Assembly (NCBI RefSeq): GCF_006345805.1
Contig: NC_043010.1
Location: 40,858,001 to 40,922,000 of the forward strand
Length of the DNA: 64,000 nucleotides
Origin: Octopus sinensis
Lineage: Eukaryota
Direction of reading: 5' to 3'
Both the position numbers and the translations under genes were made by a program. Below, piece by piece: positions 13,435 to 26,467 of this stretch; within the stretch, counting starts at the first letter, position 1; each line of letters starts with the position of its first letter. The notes beneath the pieces are model-generated. The model worked only from the letters and a program-made list of their open reading frames with translations. It searched no databases and had not been told where the DNA came from.

Positions 13435-13631
13435 ATATATACATGTGTGTGTGTGTAGTGTGTAACACATAAGGGAAATATATACTGATCTATAGCAATC
13501 TATATTTTGAGAATTTTAATAGGCAGAGAGCTATATATAAAAAAAAATTGGACGGACGAAATCTCTGGTAGTATAACAGGAACGAAATTCTCGTCACTTG
13601 AGTCCGTTATGTAACGTTTTGTTGAATATAT

Positions 13632-13964
13632 AGACCCCCTTCGGTCATGAATGACCATGGGATTGCACCTAGAAAGTTTCCCTCCTAGGCACAAGTCCGG
13701 GCAAGGTTGTTTATGGAAGACCAGCAGTCGCCCATGCATACCAGCCTCCCCTCTCCACGCCACCAGTGTTATCCAAGGGAAAGGCAAAGGTCGATACAGC
13801 TTGGCACCAGTGACGTCGCAACTCATTTCTACAGCTGAGTGAACTAGAGCAACGTGAAATAAAGTGTCTTGCTCAAGAACACAACACGCAGCCCGGTCCG
13901 GGATTCGAGCTTACAACCTCACGATCGTAAGCTCGACGCTCTAACCACTGAGCCATGCGCCTTC
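13632..13964 (-). mobile_element. tRNA-headed SINE, family D, full length
   Basis: Head GGCGCATGGCTCAGTGGTTAGAGCGTCGAGC...GCTCGAATCCCGG, body TTGAGCAAGACACTTTATTTCACG; copies at 39506-39832 and 63471-63782. Confidence 0.9.
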
Positions 13965-14050
13965 ATAACATATATATATGTTGAATAATGCATATATATA
14001 TATGTAAAACATATATGTAAAACATATATATGTAAAACATATATGTAAAA

Positions 14051-14993
14051 CAGTGGTTCCAGAAATTCGAGCAGGAAACTACAGCCTAGAAGAGAAGCCT
14101 CGTCCTGGAAGATCTGTAGATCTCGATGAGAACGTCCTGGTGGAACAAAATCCCATCGTAACTGTTGAGAGACTAACAGAGAAGCTTGGATTTGGTCATA
14201 CAAGCATTCATCGACACCTACGTGCCATCGGAAAAGTCAGCAAATTGGGTCAATGGGTTCGTCACAAATTTCTGAGTCTAATCACGCGCAGCGAGTGAAT
14301 GTGTGCTGTTCTTTGCTGTCACGTCTCACGAATGAACCTTTTTTGGACCGAATAGTGACTGGTGACGAGAAATGAGTTCTCTACAAAAATGCCGAGTGCC
14401 GAAAACGGTGGGATGGGAAAGGAGAAACATCGGCATCCCAAGCTAAATAAGGTCTTCACCCACGTAAGGTATTGTTATCTGTTTGGTGGGATATGAAAGG
14501 TTTAGTGCTCTTTGAACTTTTAAACCCAAACCAAACGATATCAAAGATCTACTGCGAACATATTGAGCAGATTAAGTCAGCGCTTGAAGGAAAACAACTA
14601 GCTTTGGCTTCAAGACGAAAGGTGTTCTTCCATCAGGATAATGCTCAGCCACATAACATTCCAAAGGCTGGAGTAGTTTGAAGAGGAAACGACGCCCCAC
14701 CCCTATATTCGCCGGACATTGACCCATCTGGTTATCATTTATTCCGCAGTTTTCAAAACCATTTAGAGGGGAAAAATATGAATTCTTTAGACGAGGTCAG
14801 AACAATACTGGTGGAGTATTTTTCGTCACGAACAAGTGAATTCTAGAAGAGGGCCCTACAAGTCTACTAGATAGAGACGGACATTGTAGAAAATGAAGGA
14901 GAGTATATTTTTGATTAAAAAAGAACGTTATCTTAATTTTGAAAAATAAAAGAAGTATAAAGAAAAACTGGATTATTTATGAGATGACCCAAT
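14051..14993 (+). mobile_element. Mariner (DD34D) transposon remnant, 5' truncated, pseudogenised transposase
   Basis: Translates across stops and frameshifts as WFQKFRAGNYSLEEKPRPGR, LGQWVRH, RIVTGDEK, LLSVWWDMKG, FFHQDNAQPH, YSPDIDPSGYHLFRS; TIR-like end ttatttatgagatgacccaat. Confidence 0.95.
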
Positions 14994-15740
14994 GCATAGC
15001 TGACGACATGGATATTCTACGAAGAGTCTCTTTCGGCATGTCAATACACGCGTATCTAAATCATCCATTTGGTCTATTCATTCACATAGCCTCTCATTTT
15101 TATCGTTTCCATATTACCTAATAAAACTTCAGCCAATGAAACATGGTTCTCAAGAGATATTTCTTCTAACAAATTTTCCTGAGTTAGCAGATTAATTAGC
15201 AAGCCGCAGACATACAAGTGGAACAAAAGAATGAAAGTTAAGGAAGAGAGGGCGGGAGAGATTTACTCAAGATATACTCAGATATTTCGATTCAATCAAG
15301 GAATAGAATTAGCTTCAAGAAAGGAGTGAAAATGTACATATATATGTGTAGGATTGTGTGCGTGTGCGTATGTGTGTATATGCATGAACATGTATGTGTG
15401 TGTATATATGTGCGTGAATATGCATATGTATACGTGTGTAGGTATATATATAAATATGTGTGTATGTGTGTACATGAATATATGTCTATGTATACGTGTG
15501 TATGTATATATATATAAATGTATATGTGTATACATGTCTATGTATATTTGTATGCGCGTGTGTGTGCGTGTATGTATGTAAGTGTGTGTGTGTGTGAATA
15601 GGAAGTGAGAAGGCCTTGTGTCCTATATCATTTTTCCCAAATAATTTTTTTCAGTGTCTGTTTAGCTGTGAACAGACAGAGACACCCACACTCGGCCATC
15701 CCACCCTTCGACCCAACGCTACATGGTGGATGTGATAGCT

Positions 15741-15784
<44 letters not shown>

Positions 15785-15858
15785 GCTCCATTAACACTCA
15801 GCGATTCTACTCAGACACATAGATATTTATATATACATATGCATACATTCTGTATATA

Positions 15859-15893
<35 letters not shown>

Positions 15894-16427
15894 ACATGCT
15901 TATGCATCTATGCTTATGTTTCATGTGCATGTTTATATACATACATGTGTGTGTGTGTTTGTGCGTGCGTTTATGCATATATACATGCGTATACAATACA
16001 TTTGAATATGCATAATTTGTGAATATGTATATTTACATAAATGCATATATCTACATATATGTATATTATATACGAGAGTTTAATCATACATATACGGATG
16101 TGAGAGTAAGAAAGTAAGGCAATCAAAATTTGCATTATATTGACTCACCCTCGAATGTCATATCAAATGCATGTGTGTGCGCGCATACATGTACGCACAT
16201 GTAGATATAGAGATAATTTTATGCATATTTACATATATCTATGCAAATATACAAAGCCGTACGCACTCCCATATATATATATGTATGTATGTATGTGTGT
16301 GTGTATATGCATATACACACACACATAAATGCATATACTTCTGTATGTTGGTAGGTTTGTTTGTATGAAAGGCCACATGGATATGGGAGTACATGAGCGT
16401 TGGTGTGTGTGTGAGCAAGGGTCTGTG

Positions 16428-16486
<59 letters not shown>

Positions 16487-16776
16487 TAGTATGTATGTGA
16501 ATGCATTCTATTTAAATTTTGTATTAAAATATGCATAATTTGTGTTATAAGTGCGTGATGACGTGTGCTATCTTTTGATGGTATATGTAGACAGGCTTGT
16601 GTGTGCGCATATAATATGTCTTATGCTTTATGAATACGGTGTGTAGACAGGCATAGAGGTCAGTTTGGCATGCTTCTGAATGTAAACTATCTGATTAGTC
16701 AGCATGGAAGTGTGCCCATCTTAAATTAATCTACAATCTTGTGGAAGTAAATAGAACGTTTGCATTTGTAATCTAG

Positions 16777-16914
16777 CCGAACGAAATGGGGTGAAGTTAT
16801 AAAGACCATTGACAGCGAAGTCGACGACTCTCCATTTAATTTGAAAAGATTTCGGCATCAAAAGCAATGGCAGAATAAAGTAATCCTCCCGGAAGCAGAT
16901 TCATTCGACCGGAA
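16777..16914 (+). CDS. Candidate antisense exon (phase 2 to 2): RTKWGEVIKTIDSEVDDSPFNLKRFRHQKQWQNKVILPEADSFDR
   Basis: Acceptor tttgcatttgtaatctag, consensus donor aa|gtaagta, 138 nt open; no convincing partner exons found. Confidence 0.3.
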
Positions 16915-18353
16915 GTAAGTATTTTAATTTCAGAAGCATTGCTGAAATGTAGTTAGATGTGAAGGGTTATTGAAATGGAAGTAATGGGGTTAGTGAAGAG
17001 CATATTGGAATCGGGGAATTAGTGGGAGAAAGTATGTTTGTGACTAAATCGTGCTTCGAACTCCTACAAACGATACAATTCTACTGTTTTACTTTCTCAA
17101 TAGTTTACATGATCAACCTTACAACATTCAGTTTTGTACAATTGTTTTGTACACCCCCGGTCTTTTTTTTCCCCTCACGGTATGTGTGTTTCTTGGCTTA
17201 TTCAAGAATGTATTACAATTAATGAATTGTTTATGTAGGATAAAGCTTTTTGATAAACATACAAGTTTTCCTTCAATATATACCTAAAGTGATTGCATTA
17301 TTTTGCCCGCACGAATGTATGTATGTCTGTGTGTGTGTCTGAAGATTCGAGCCCAGGTGAAGTCAATAAAAACTTTGCTCTTCTTTCCTTATAATCTTAC
17401 ACAGTATGTTGCTCTTGAGCTGATATATATATATATATATATGTTTGTGTGTGTGTATACGCGTGTGTGTGTGTATATATATATACGTGTGTGTGTATAT
17501 ATATATGCATCTAAGTGTATATGTATACATAGATGTGCATATATATATACATGAGTATTTATATCCGTGTGTGTTTGGAGAGGGAGGGGACGAGAGAAGG
17601 AGGGAGAGGGAGGTGCAGATGCATGTTGCCATACTTGCATGTCTGCATATTAATCATATCATAAACCTACCACATTCCTAAAGTTAGAATTTTATGCAGA
17701 CTGGATAAGTGATGACTGAAACTATTTAAAGATTGACAAGATAAATATGTAAACCTGGAAAAGTCGTTTAAAGGAATGACCGACATTTATCAACCTGCTC
17801 AGACATCTGTCTACACCATAATTACTAGCAGCCGACTTGGGTGTTTGCTTTTGAACTAAACGAAGATCTAGCAAGCAAATCAGAAAGAGAGAGGGCGAGC
17901 GGGAGGTGGAAGGGTGAAGTTAAAGAGATTGAGAGAATGAGGGCAAAGCAGCTCTCAGAACAGAAATCCATAATTATGAATAGAAATAGCGACTAATATC
18001 GATCTGGTCGGAGAAAATCCATGACTGCTTGAGCCAAAGAGTGATTTCCACTATAATTATATTGATTTTTGGCATAGATATAAGGCCAAAAATGTTGGGA
18101 GAGAACCAACCGATTATATATCCCCAAGTACATGACTGATATTTTATTTTATTGGCAACAGAAAATTAATGGTAAAGTTGCACCAGATGATATTTGAACT
18201 CAGAATGTATAGATTCGTAAATGTTATCGACGCGACAACGGTTTTTAAAAAAAAAAACGCCGCCCGTCACGTCCTCTACTGTTGTAAGTTCCTTGTTAGA
18301 AAACAAATAAACGATGATATTTCATTCAGTAGCACAAGTTTACATCTTGGGAA

Positions 18354-18585
18354 GGCGGCGAGCTGGCAGAAACGTTAGCGCGCCGGGTGAAATGCGTAGC
18401 CGTATTTCGTCTGCCGTTACGTTCTGAGTTCAAATTCGGCCGAGGTCGACTTTGCCTGTCATCCTTTCGGGGTCGATAAATTTAGTACCAGTTACGCACT
18501 GGAGTCGATATAATCGACTTAATCCGTTTGTCTGTCCTTGTTTGTCATTTCTGTGTTTAGCCCCTTGTGGGTAGTAAAGAAATAA
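18354..18585 (+). mobile_element. tRNA-headed SINE, family A (Meta-domain-like body)
   Basis: GGCGGCGAGCTGGCAGAAACGTTAG head, B box GAGTTCAAATTC, body GAGGTCGACTTTGCCTGTCATCCTTTCGGGGTCGATAAATTTAGTACCAG. Resemblance to the MetaSINE domain is from recall. Confidence 0.9.
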
Positions 18586-19578
18586 GTACAAGTTTACATC
18601 TTGGTGAGAAATAGACTCACGAAAGTACATCAGCCTCCATCTGTCACACTGTAAATTCTCTTGTTTTCTCTCTCCTTGTCTTTTTCTATCTTTCCCTTTC
18701 TCTTTATCTCTCACTTTTCTTTCTTTCCCACGCTTCTCGTTGCGTGTGTGTGTGTGTGAGTGTGTGTGTGATGTGTGAGTATCTGGCTCTGAAAACGTTA
18801 TCTCGACCTGGTACTCGACGACTCTACGCACTCTCTAATATATAGCAGAAACAGATGTAACCTAATGAATAGGATTATGTAAAAATCTCTTTTCTCGTGC
18901 TTTTATTTAATCAATATAAAGCTCTGTACTGACTGCTAGCTTACTGAAGAGTATACGTGTATGGGATTCTAATAACTTGTGAGTGTAGCTTGGGCAAAAC
19001 AGAAACGTGACGTCTATGTGTGTGTTTCTGCTTTCACTGTATTTCGTTTCGGATATTACCGCATCAAAAAATATATAACTTCAGTTCAAACTTCTAGCAG
19101 ACAATGACCCTCGTTATATTTATCCGATCGGTTATCAATGATGAATATCTTGTCTTTTTTTTTTGTATTGGTTTTTTTTTCCATCGTATAGAAGATTAAT
19201 TATTTTCAAAGCCGTCCAGTCATTTAGTCTCTTAAAAAGCTAATTTAATAATGCTGTTTAGGAAAATACTTACATTAAACTTATACCAGTAGTGCTTTTT
19301 GATATATGTGAGCTTTTTTTCTGATTTATAAAAACCTTTTAACATTCATTTGTCTCAGTCATTAGTCTACGCCTATGCTGGGGCACCGTCTTGAAGAATT
19401 TTTAGTCGAATGGATGGAAACCTAGTCATTGTAATTTCTTAAAGCTTCGTGATTGTACTATCGGTTGCTTTTGCTGAACCGCTATGTTCAGGGGACGTAA
19501 ACATACCAACACCGGTTGTCAAGCGGTAGTGGTGAACACAAACTGAGACACACTCACGCAAACACACACACACACACG

Positions 19579-19658
<80 letters not shown>

Positions 19659-19880
19659 ACAACTGTTTGCATAGCCTTTCACTCGCGAGACACCGGTGCA
19701 CAATGGGTTAAAACGATCGTAATGAATAATAGTCACAGGAATTCCATTTTATTTCTCTCATACATATATATATTCTAGCATTAAGCTGAAAGATTACTCA
19801 GCACATTTTAGTAGAGTGCATCTATATTAGTTTTAAAAAGGACAAAGTTGACAAGGACTTCAAAGTTTTATTTTCTTTAC

Positions 19881-20048
19881 CATGTAAACGGAGAAATTCT
19901 TTCAAAGAAATTCTTTATATATCTCAGGCACAAAATCTCATCATCAAAAGTGAACGGATTATAGAAATTCAGATCGTGAAGATCAATATGGCCTGATCGG
20001 CAGAGACATTTCTTTAGTCCATTCGCTTCCGATGGTGAGCCAATGTGC
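19881..20048 (-). CDS. Candidate internal exon (phase 2 to 2): HIGSPSEANGLKKCLCRSGHIDLHDLNFYNPFTFDDEILCLRYIKNFFERISPFT
   Basis: Acceptor ctttatatatttcag, donor tg|gtaaag; 168 nt with only one open frame (ORF 19877-20068). Confidence 0.6.
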
Positions 20049-20204
20049 CTGAAATATATAAAGTTCATTTAACTCTCATTGTTCGCATGGTAAAAAGCTC
20101 TCTTTATTCTATGTTCTTTTACTTCTACATTTCAGTGCCTCTAACAAAGTACAACATGCTACATCCTTCCATCCATCCATACATACATGCACACACACAC
20201 ACAT

Positions 20205-20365
20205 ATATCATCATCATCATCGTCATCACTTAGCGTCCGCTTTCCATGCTAGCATGGGTTGGACGGTTCAACTGGGGTCTGTGAAGCTGGAAGGCTTCGT
20301 CAGGCCCAGTCAGATCTGGCAGTGTTTCTACGGATGGATGCCCTTCCTAACGCCAACCACTCCGT
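20205..20365 (-). mobile_element. LINE 3' end with (GAT)n tail
   Basis: Minus strand reads gtggttggcgttaggaagggcatcc...ccgtccaacccatgctagcatggaaagcggacgct followed by (GAT)n, a pattern I recall from non-LTR retrotransposon tails; clade not verified. Confidence 0.65.
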
Positions 20366-20484
20366 ATGTGTGTGTGTGTGAGTGTGTGTGTGTGTGTGCC
20401 GGGAGTAATTACTCAGGGTAGGCAGTTGGGGACGTTTATGTAGAAAAACACAAAATATATATATTTGAGCATGAATATTATTAA

Positions 20485-20567
20485 CAGTGACGTCGAAGTT
20501 TTGGTCATTTAAGCCATTGTCGGTCTGTCTGATGATAGCTTAAGTGGCCGGAACTTTGAAGTCGCTG
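20485..20567. repeat. Imperfect inverted repeat (about 39-bp arms) with degenerate hammerhead-like core
   Basis: cagtgacgtcgaagttttggtcatttaagccattgtcgg pairs with tctgatgatagcttaagtggccggaactttgaagtcgctg. Confidence 0.85.
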
Positions 20568-20702
20568 ACATTATTCTTATTTAGGGGTAATAAAATTGTA
20601 CTTTAACAAAAGTAGAGAATAACCCATCAAATTAATGCGAAATTCGTTTTGTAATAACTGAACGCAAAAAATCAGGCGTTAATGTGTGTCTGTGTGTGTG
20701 TA

Positions 20703-21550
20703 TACGAGTGGGTACCCAAAAGTAAACAAAAGTAAACGGCATCGTTCTCTGTGGGACAAGTTCATTGTAGTTCAGACTTCTACCGTTAGAAGCCAGTTGA
20801 TGCGACCCTCGCACATCAGTCTGCTAACCAGCGTCCTCCGGTCAGGTCGTACTACCATATGGTGCGTCTTTGTTTCGCAGTGCTTCTCCCCTGTTCATCG
20901 ATTTTTGCCATGGCTGAAACGAAGGAACAGCGTGCTTCCGGGAAAATCTGTTTTTGGACTATGGCAGCTGTATCGGTGGCCATTTTCCGAAACAGCTGCC
21001 ATAGTTCAAACGGCTTACAAGGATGCTGTCATGAACAAAACACAAGTGTATGAGCTGTTTTCACGTTTTATGAATGGTCAGTTGCCGCTTGAAGACCAAC
21101 CTCGTTCAGGCCGACCGTCGACCTCCCGAACGAATAAAAGCATCAGGAAAATTAGATGACCGTCACCGAACAATTGACGAACTTGATATAACTGGTGTGT
21201 CCCGCACTTCCTGCCAACGAATTTTAGGTGAGGATTTGCGAATGAAAATAGTTGTTGTGTCTCGCTTGCTCACGGAAGATCAAAACCATGGCACGATTGA
21301 ATGCGTGACGAAATCTGGTGCTACGGATTTTTTAGATGTGGAAGAGATGAAGAAAAAAAAATCGACGGAGGCGTTAAAAGGCATCACTTCGCAAGAGATC
21401 CAGCATGCTTCGAACAGTGGAAAATGCGCCTGGACCGATGCATTGCTTTAAATGGAGAATACTTTGAAGGCAATAAAAGTGTAAACATGTATAACTAAGT
21501 GAATAAAATAATATTGCAAAATTCCGGTTTCTTTGATGTATCCCCTTGTA
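20703..21550 (+). mobile_element. Internally deleted mariner with both ends
   Basis: MAETKEQR...ETAAIVQTAYKDAVMNKTQVYELFSRFMNGQLPLEDQPRSGRPSTSRT (HTH region) joined to the C-terminal CFEQWKMRLDRCIALNGEYFEG; catalytic core absent; degenerate TIRs tacgagtgggtacccaaaagtaaac and ccggtttctttgatgtatccccttgta in TA context. Confidence 0.9.
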
Positions 21551-21551
21551 T

Positions 21552-21582
<31 letters not shown>

Positions 21583-21924
21583 TAAGGGATTCAAGATTTG
21601 CATGTCAACTACTTCGTGTTTCGTTCCAAATCCGACACCCACTCTTGCGATAGCGAAAATCCGCGAAGTAGAAACAGTTCTGTACTGTATATATATATTT
21701 TTTAATAATTTGTAGATATTTAAGAAGCAGCACACAACAGTTTTAGTAGTACATATATATTGTTATTTAAAACAGTTTCATTCAGTACCATGCAACCCGT
21801 CACAAGAACCTAGCTGGTCGAACGCCGCTCGTTGAACTACGGCTCTGTGGGGAGCCTATGGTACTTTCCGTTGGTTAGGGCCGAATCCAACTGTTTAAAT
21901 AATAATAATAATAATAATAATAAT

Positions 21925-22100
21925 GGTCTCAAATTTTGGCACACGGTCAGCAATTTAACTGGTACTTATTTAATGGACCTCGAAAGGATGAAAGACAAAG
22001 TCGACCTCGGCGGAATTTGAGCTCAGAAGTAGTGGCAGACGAAATACCGCTCAGTTTTTCGCCTGGCGTGCTAAAGATTTTGCCAGCTCCCCGCCTTAAT
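21925..22100 (-). mobile_element. SINE family A, internally shortened
   Basis: Head and body present; (AAT)n at the tail side. Confidence 0.85.
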
Positions 22101-22127
22101 AACAATTAGAAGAAAAATTATATATGC

Positions 22128-22199
<72 letters not shown>

Positions 22200-22512
22200 A
22201 AGCGACCAAATGTGAATAGGAGTAGAGAATATATTTCAACAACATACTGTATTTGTGAATTAAGTGAGACACAGATCTCCCTCATCAAGTTATATCGTAT
22301 ATCACGATTGTTGAATCTACAATATTGTTTATCTGTAATACTTCTGAGCAGACATTTTCACACAGAACATCGATCTAGTTCAGCTGCCTTGATGTACATG
22401 GATTTAGGAATGTATAAGTCAAGCTGACGCATTAAGAATAGTAAACATCAGGAAGCTCTGTGTCCTGTCAATGTATATATCTATGTTTGTGCTTATATAT
22501 GAGTGATATATA

Positions 22513-22591
<79 letters not shown>

Positions 22592-22877
22592 TTATACAGA
22601 CATAAATATATGTGTGCGTATAAATATACATACGTGTGTTTGTGTGTGTATTGCGTATATGTTTCTGCGTGATGATAGTTACTGAGAATGGAGATGTTTA
22701 ACACAGCTGTGTTCATTTTAAGCTAAATCCCGTGTTGGTTTTATCAGCGCGCTTTTGTATTTGGATTGAGGGAAATCCATTATCATACAGAATAGTCTCT
22801 TGTTGAATGGTTTATACGTGCTGTAGATCAGTATGCACGCGCACGCGCTTGTCAGGGCGCGCTTGAGACATCTTTAC

Positions 22878-23077
22878 TGTATTTTACTCGTTTCAGTCAT
22901 TTGATTGCGGCCATGATGGAGCACCGCCTTTAATCGAGCAACTCGACCTCGGGACTTATTCTTTGTAAGCCCAGTACTTATCCTATCGGTCTCTTTTGCC
23001 GAACCCGCTAAGTGACGGGGACATATCGGTTGTCAAGCAATGCTAGGGGGACAAACATAGACACACAAACATACACG

Positions 23078-23115
<38 letters not shown>

Positions 23116-23578
23116 AATAAATGAAAGAATGGAGTTGAACGACGAATTAAAATTCCTTTATTTTATTTTCGACATATGTTTCGAAGGCTGCATATTCCTA
23201 ATTTCGAACGAATAAGGGCTGCAATATGCAGCTTTCGAAACATATGTCGAAAATAAAATAAAGGAATTTTGTTAATTCGTCGTTCAACTCCATTCTTTCA
23301 TTTATTTTTATTTAAAAAAACACACAAATTTCCACACGATAGCACGTAATCTCTGCCCTAGGCATGTAGCTTCAACCGTGTTTTTCTGACGTGAATTTGC
23401 TACCCAGATATATATACATATATACGACGGGCTTCTTTCAGTTTCCGTCTATCAAATCCACTCACAAGGCTTTGGTCGGCCCGAGGCTATAGTAGAAAAC
23501 ACTTGCCAAGGTGCCACGCAGTGGAACTGAACCCAGAACCATGTGGTTGGTAAACAAGCTACCTACCACACAGCTACT
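22878..23578 (-). mobile_element. SINE family B split by insertions in its internal microsatellite
   Basis: 3' half at 22878-23065 and 5' half at 23425-23578, separated by a (TA)n run, the 23115-23307 palindrome and about 110 bp of other sequence. Confidence 0.8.
23115..23307. repeat. Near-perfect inverted repeat, about 82-bp arms and 26-bp spacer
   Basis: aaataaatgaaagaatggagttgaacgacgaattaa...cgaaggctgcatatt pairs with aatatgcagctttcgaaac...aactccattctttcatttatt. Confidence 0.95.
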
Positions 23579-23608
23579 CGTATATTAAGAATATCTATCT
23601 ACCTATCA

Positions 23609-23645
<37 letters not shown>

Positions 23646-23964
23646 CCTTAAAATCCTTTAAAATGTTTTAGCCCGAAGGCCGCGGCCATGCTGGGGCACC
23701 ACCGACATATTAAATTAATAGCAACAAACATATGTATATAATTATATTAAGGGAGTAAGGGCGAAAACGGCATGCTTGAATTGCAGATACCATCAAATAA
23801 CTTTACCCGTGTACTCCTGTGCGTGTGCGTATATGTAATTGTGTGCGTGCGTGTGTATGTATATGTTTATGCTTGTGTACGTGTGTGTGCGCGCGCATGT
23901 ATGTGTGTGTGTGTGTATGCATGTACGTACGTGTTGTGTGTGTGGTGTGTATGTAAGAGATATA

Positions 23965-24194
23965 TATTTCTTTACTGCCCACAAGGGGCTAAACACAGAG
24001 GGGACTAACAAGGACAGACAAAGGGATTAAGTCGATTATATCGACCCAGTGTGTAACTGCTACTTATTTAATCGACCCAGAAAGGATGAAATGTAAAGTC
24101 GACCTCGGCGGAATTTGAACTCAGAGCGTAACGGCAGACGAAATACGGCTACGCATTTCGCCCGCCGTGCTAACGTTTCTGCCAGCTCGCCGCC
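23965..24194 (-). mobile_element. SINE family A with internal insert segment
   Basis: Close match to the reverse complement of 18354-18585. Confidence 0.9.
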
Positions 24195-24420
24195 TGTGTA
24201 AGAGATATATGAGCATTGATGCGTGCTCGTGCGTGTATTTGTACGTGTGTGTATATACGTAAGTGTGCGTGAGGTTGTGTTATGTGGACGCATATGTGCA
24301 TTCCTGTGTGTGTGCGCGTGTATCCATGTATATGTATGTATATGTATACACATTGTACCTCTGTTATCATCTTAATCTTGTTAGGTGTATAAATTGTATG
24401 CTTGTCTCTTTTGTCTTTGT

Positions 24421-24489
24421 TATCTTTCATACTTGTTTTTCCTTATTAAGCCTTGCTATCTTTCATATTTGTTTTTCCTTATTAAGCCT
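24421..24489. repeat. 36-bp tandem duplication
   Basis: tatctttcata(c/t)ttgtttttccttattaagcct occurs twice in tandem. Confidence 0.9.
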
Positions 24490-24702
24490 ACTTCAGTCTT
24501 AGCCGTATTTATTAGGCAACAACAAGGTTTTCCTTCTAATGTCTGTTTTGCGATCTTTTAATGATCTTAACGATTCTCGCTTTTAGCTTCACGTGCTATT
24601 GTTATCCATCGTTGTTTTCAGGTTGTAAACATAGCGTCCTCATTGATAACGTTATGAGTTTTCGTATTTGCTTATAAACTCCTTCCCCACCGAATACACA
24701 CA

Positions 24703-24741
<39 letters not shown>

Positions 24742-24829
24742 TATATACACGCATATATATATATATGAGAGAGAGACAGACAGACAGACAGATACACGCA
24801 CATATAGATAGATCGATAGATAGATAGAT

Positions 24830-24913
24830 ACGTATATGTAAGCATATATATGTATATATATACTTATATATGCATATATATATATTTATACTTATATAAC
24901 ATTTATTTATATA

Positions 24914-24972
<59 letters not shown>

Positions 24973-25023
24973 TCATTTATTTATATATATTTATATATAT
25001 ATATATATATATATTTATTTATT

Positions 25024-25059
<36 letters not shown>

Positions 25060-25463
25060 TTATTTATTATTTATATAAATATATTTATATATATATTTAT
25101 TTAATTTATATAAATATTTTATATATATATATATTTATTATTTATATAATATATTATATAATATATATATTTATTTATTTATATAAATATATTTATATAT
25201 ATATATTTATTTATTTATATAAATATATTTATATATATATATATTTATTTATTTATATAAATATATTTATATATATATATTTATTTATTTATATACATAT
25301 TTATATATATATATAATATTTATTTATTATATCATATATTTATATATATATATATATATTTTTATTTATTTATATAGATATATTTATATAGATATATTTA
25401 TATATATATATATATATATATATCTTTATTTATTTATCTACATATTTATTTATATATATATTT

Positions 25464-25494
<31 letters not shown>

Positions 25495-25635
25495 TATTTA
25501 TTTATATACATTATTTATATATATATATTTATTTATTATATACATATATTTATATATATATATATATATTTATTTTAATCTATATTTATATTATATAATA
25601 TATTTTATTTATATATATATATATATTTATTTATA

Positions 25636-25681
<46 letters not shown>

Positions 25682-25739
25682 TATATATTATATTATATAT
25701 ATATATATATCTATATATATGTTTATAACTATATATATT

Positions 25740-25771
<32 letters not shown>

Positions 25772-25829
25772 TATATATATATAATATTTATATATATATT
25801 TATATATATATTATATATTATATATATAT

Positions 25830-25897
<68 letters not shown>

Positions 25898-25914
25898 TTA
25901 TATATATATATATT

Positions 25915-25945
<31 letters not shown>

Positions 25946-25965
25946 ATTTATATATATATATATAT

Positions 25966-26027
<62 letters not shown>

Positions 26028-26064
26028 ATATTTATTATATATATATATTATATATATAGATATT

Positions 26065-26097
<33 letters not shown>

Positions 26098-26165
26098 ATA
26101 TTATATATATATATTTATATATATATATATTTAATATTATATATATATTTATATATATATATATT

Positions 26166-26196
<31 letters not shown>

Positions 26197-26215
26197 ATAT
26201 TATATTATAATATAT

Positions 26216-26247
<32 letters not shown>

Positions 26248-26271
26248 ATATTTATATATATATATTATATT

Positions 26272-26304
<33 letters not shown>

Positions 26305-26310
26305 ATATTT

Positions 26311-26341
<31 letters not shown>

Positions 26342-26424
26342 ATATATTTATATATAATATATTTATATATATATATATTTATTTATATATATATATATTA
26401 TTTATATATATATATATTTATTTA

Positions 26425-26467
<43 letters not shown>
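24830..26467. repeat. About 1.6-kb degenerate (TA)n/(TATT)n array
   Basis: Almost no G or C; higher-order ~35-nt units near 25050-25300. Confidence 0.95.
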
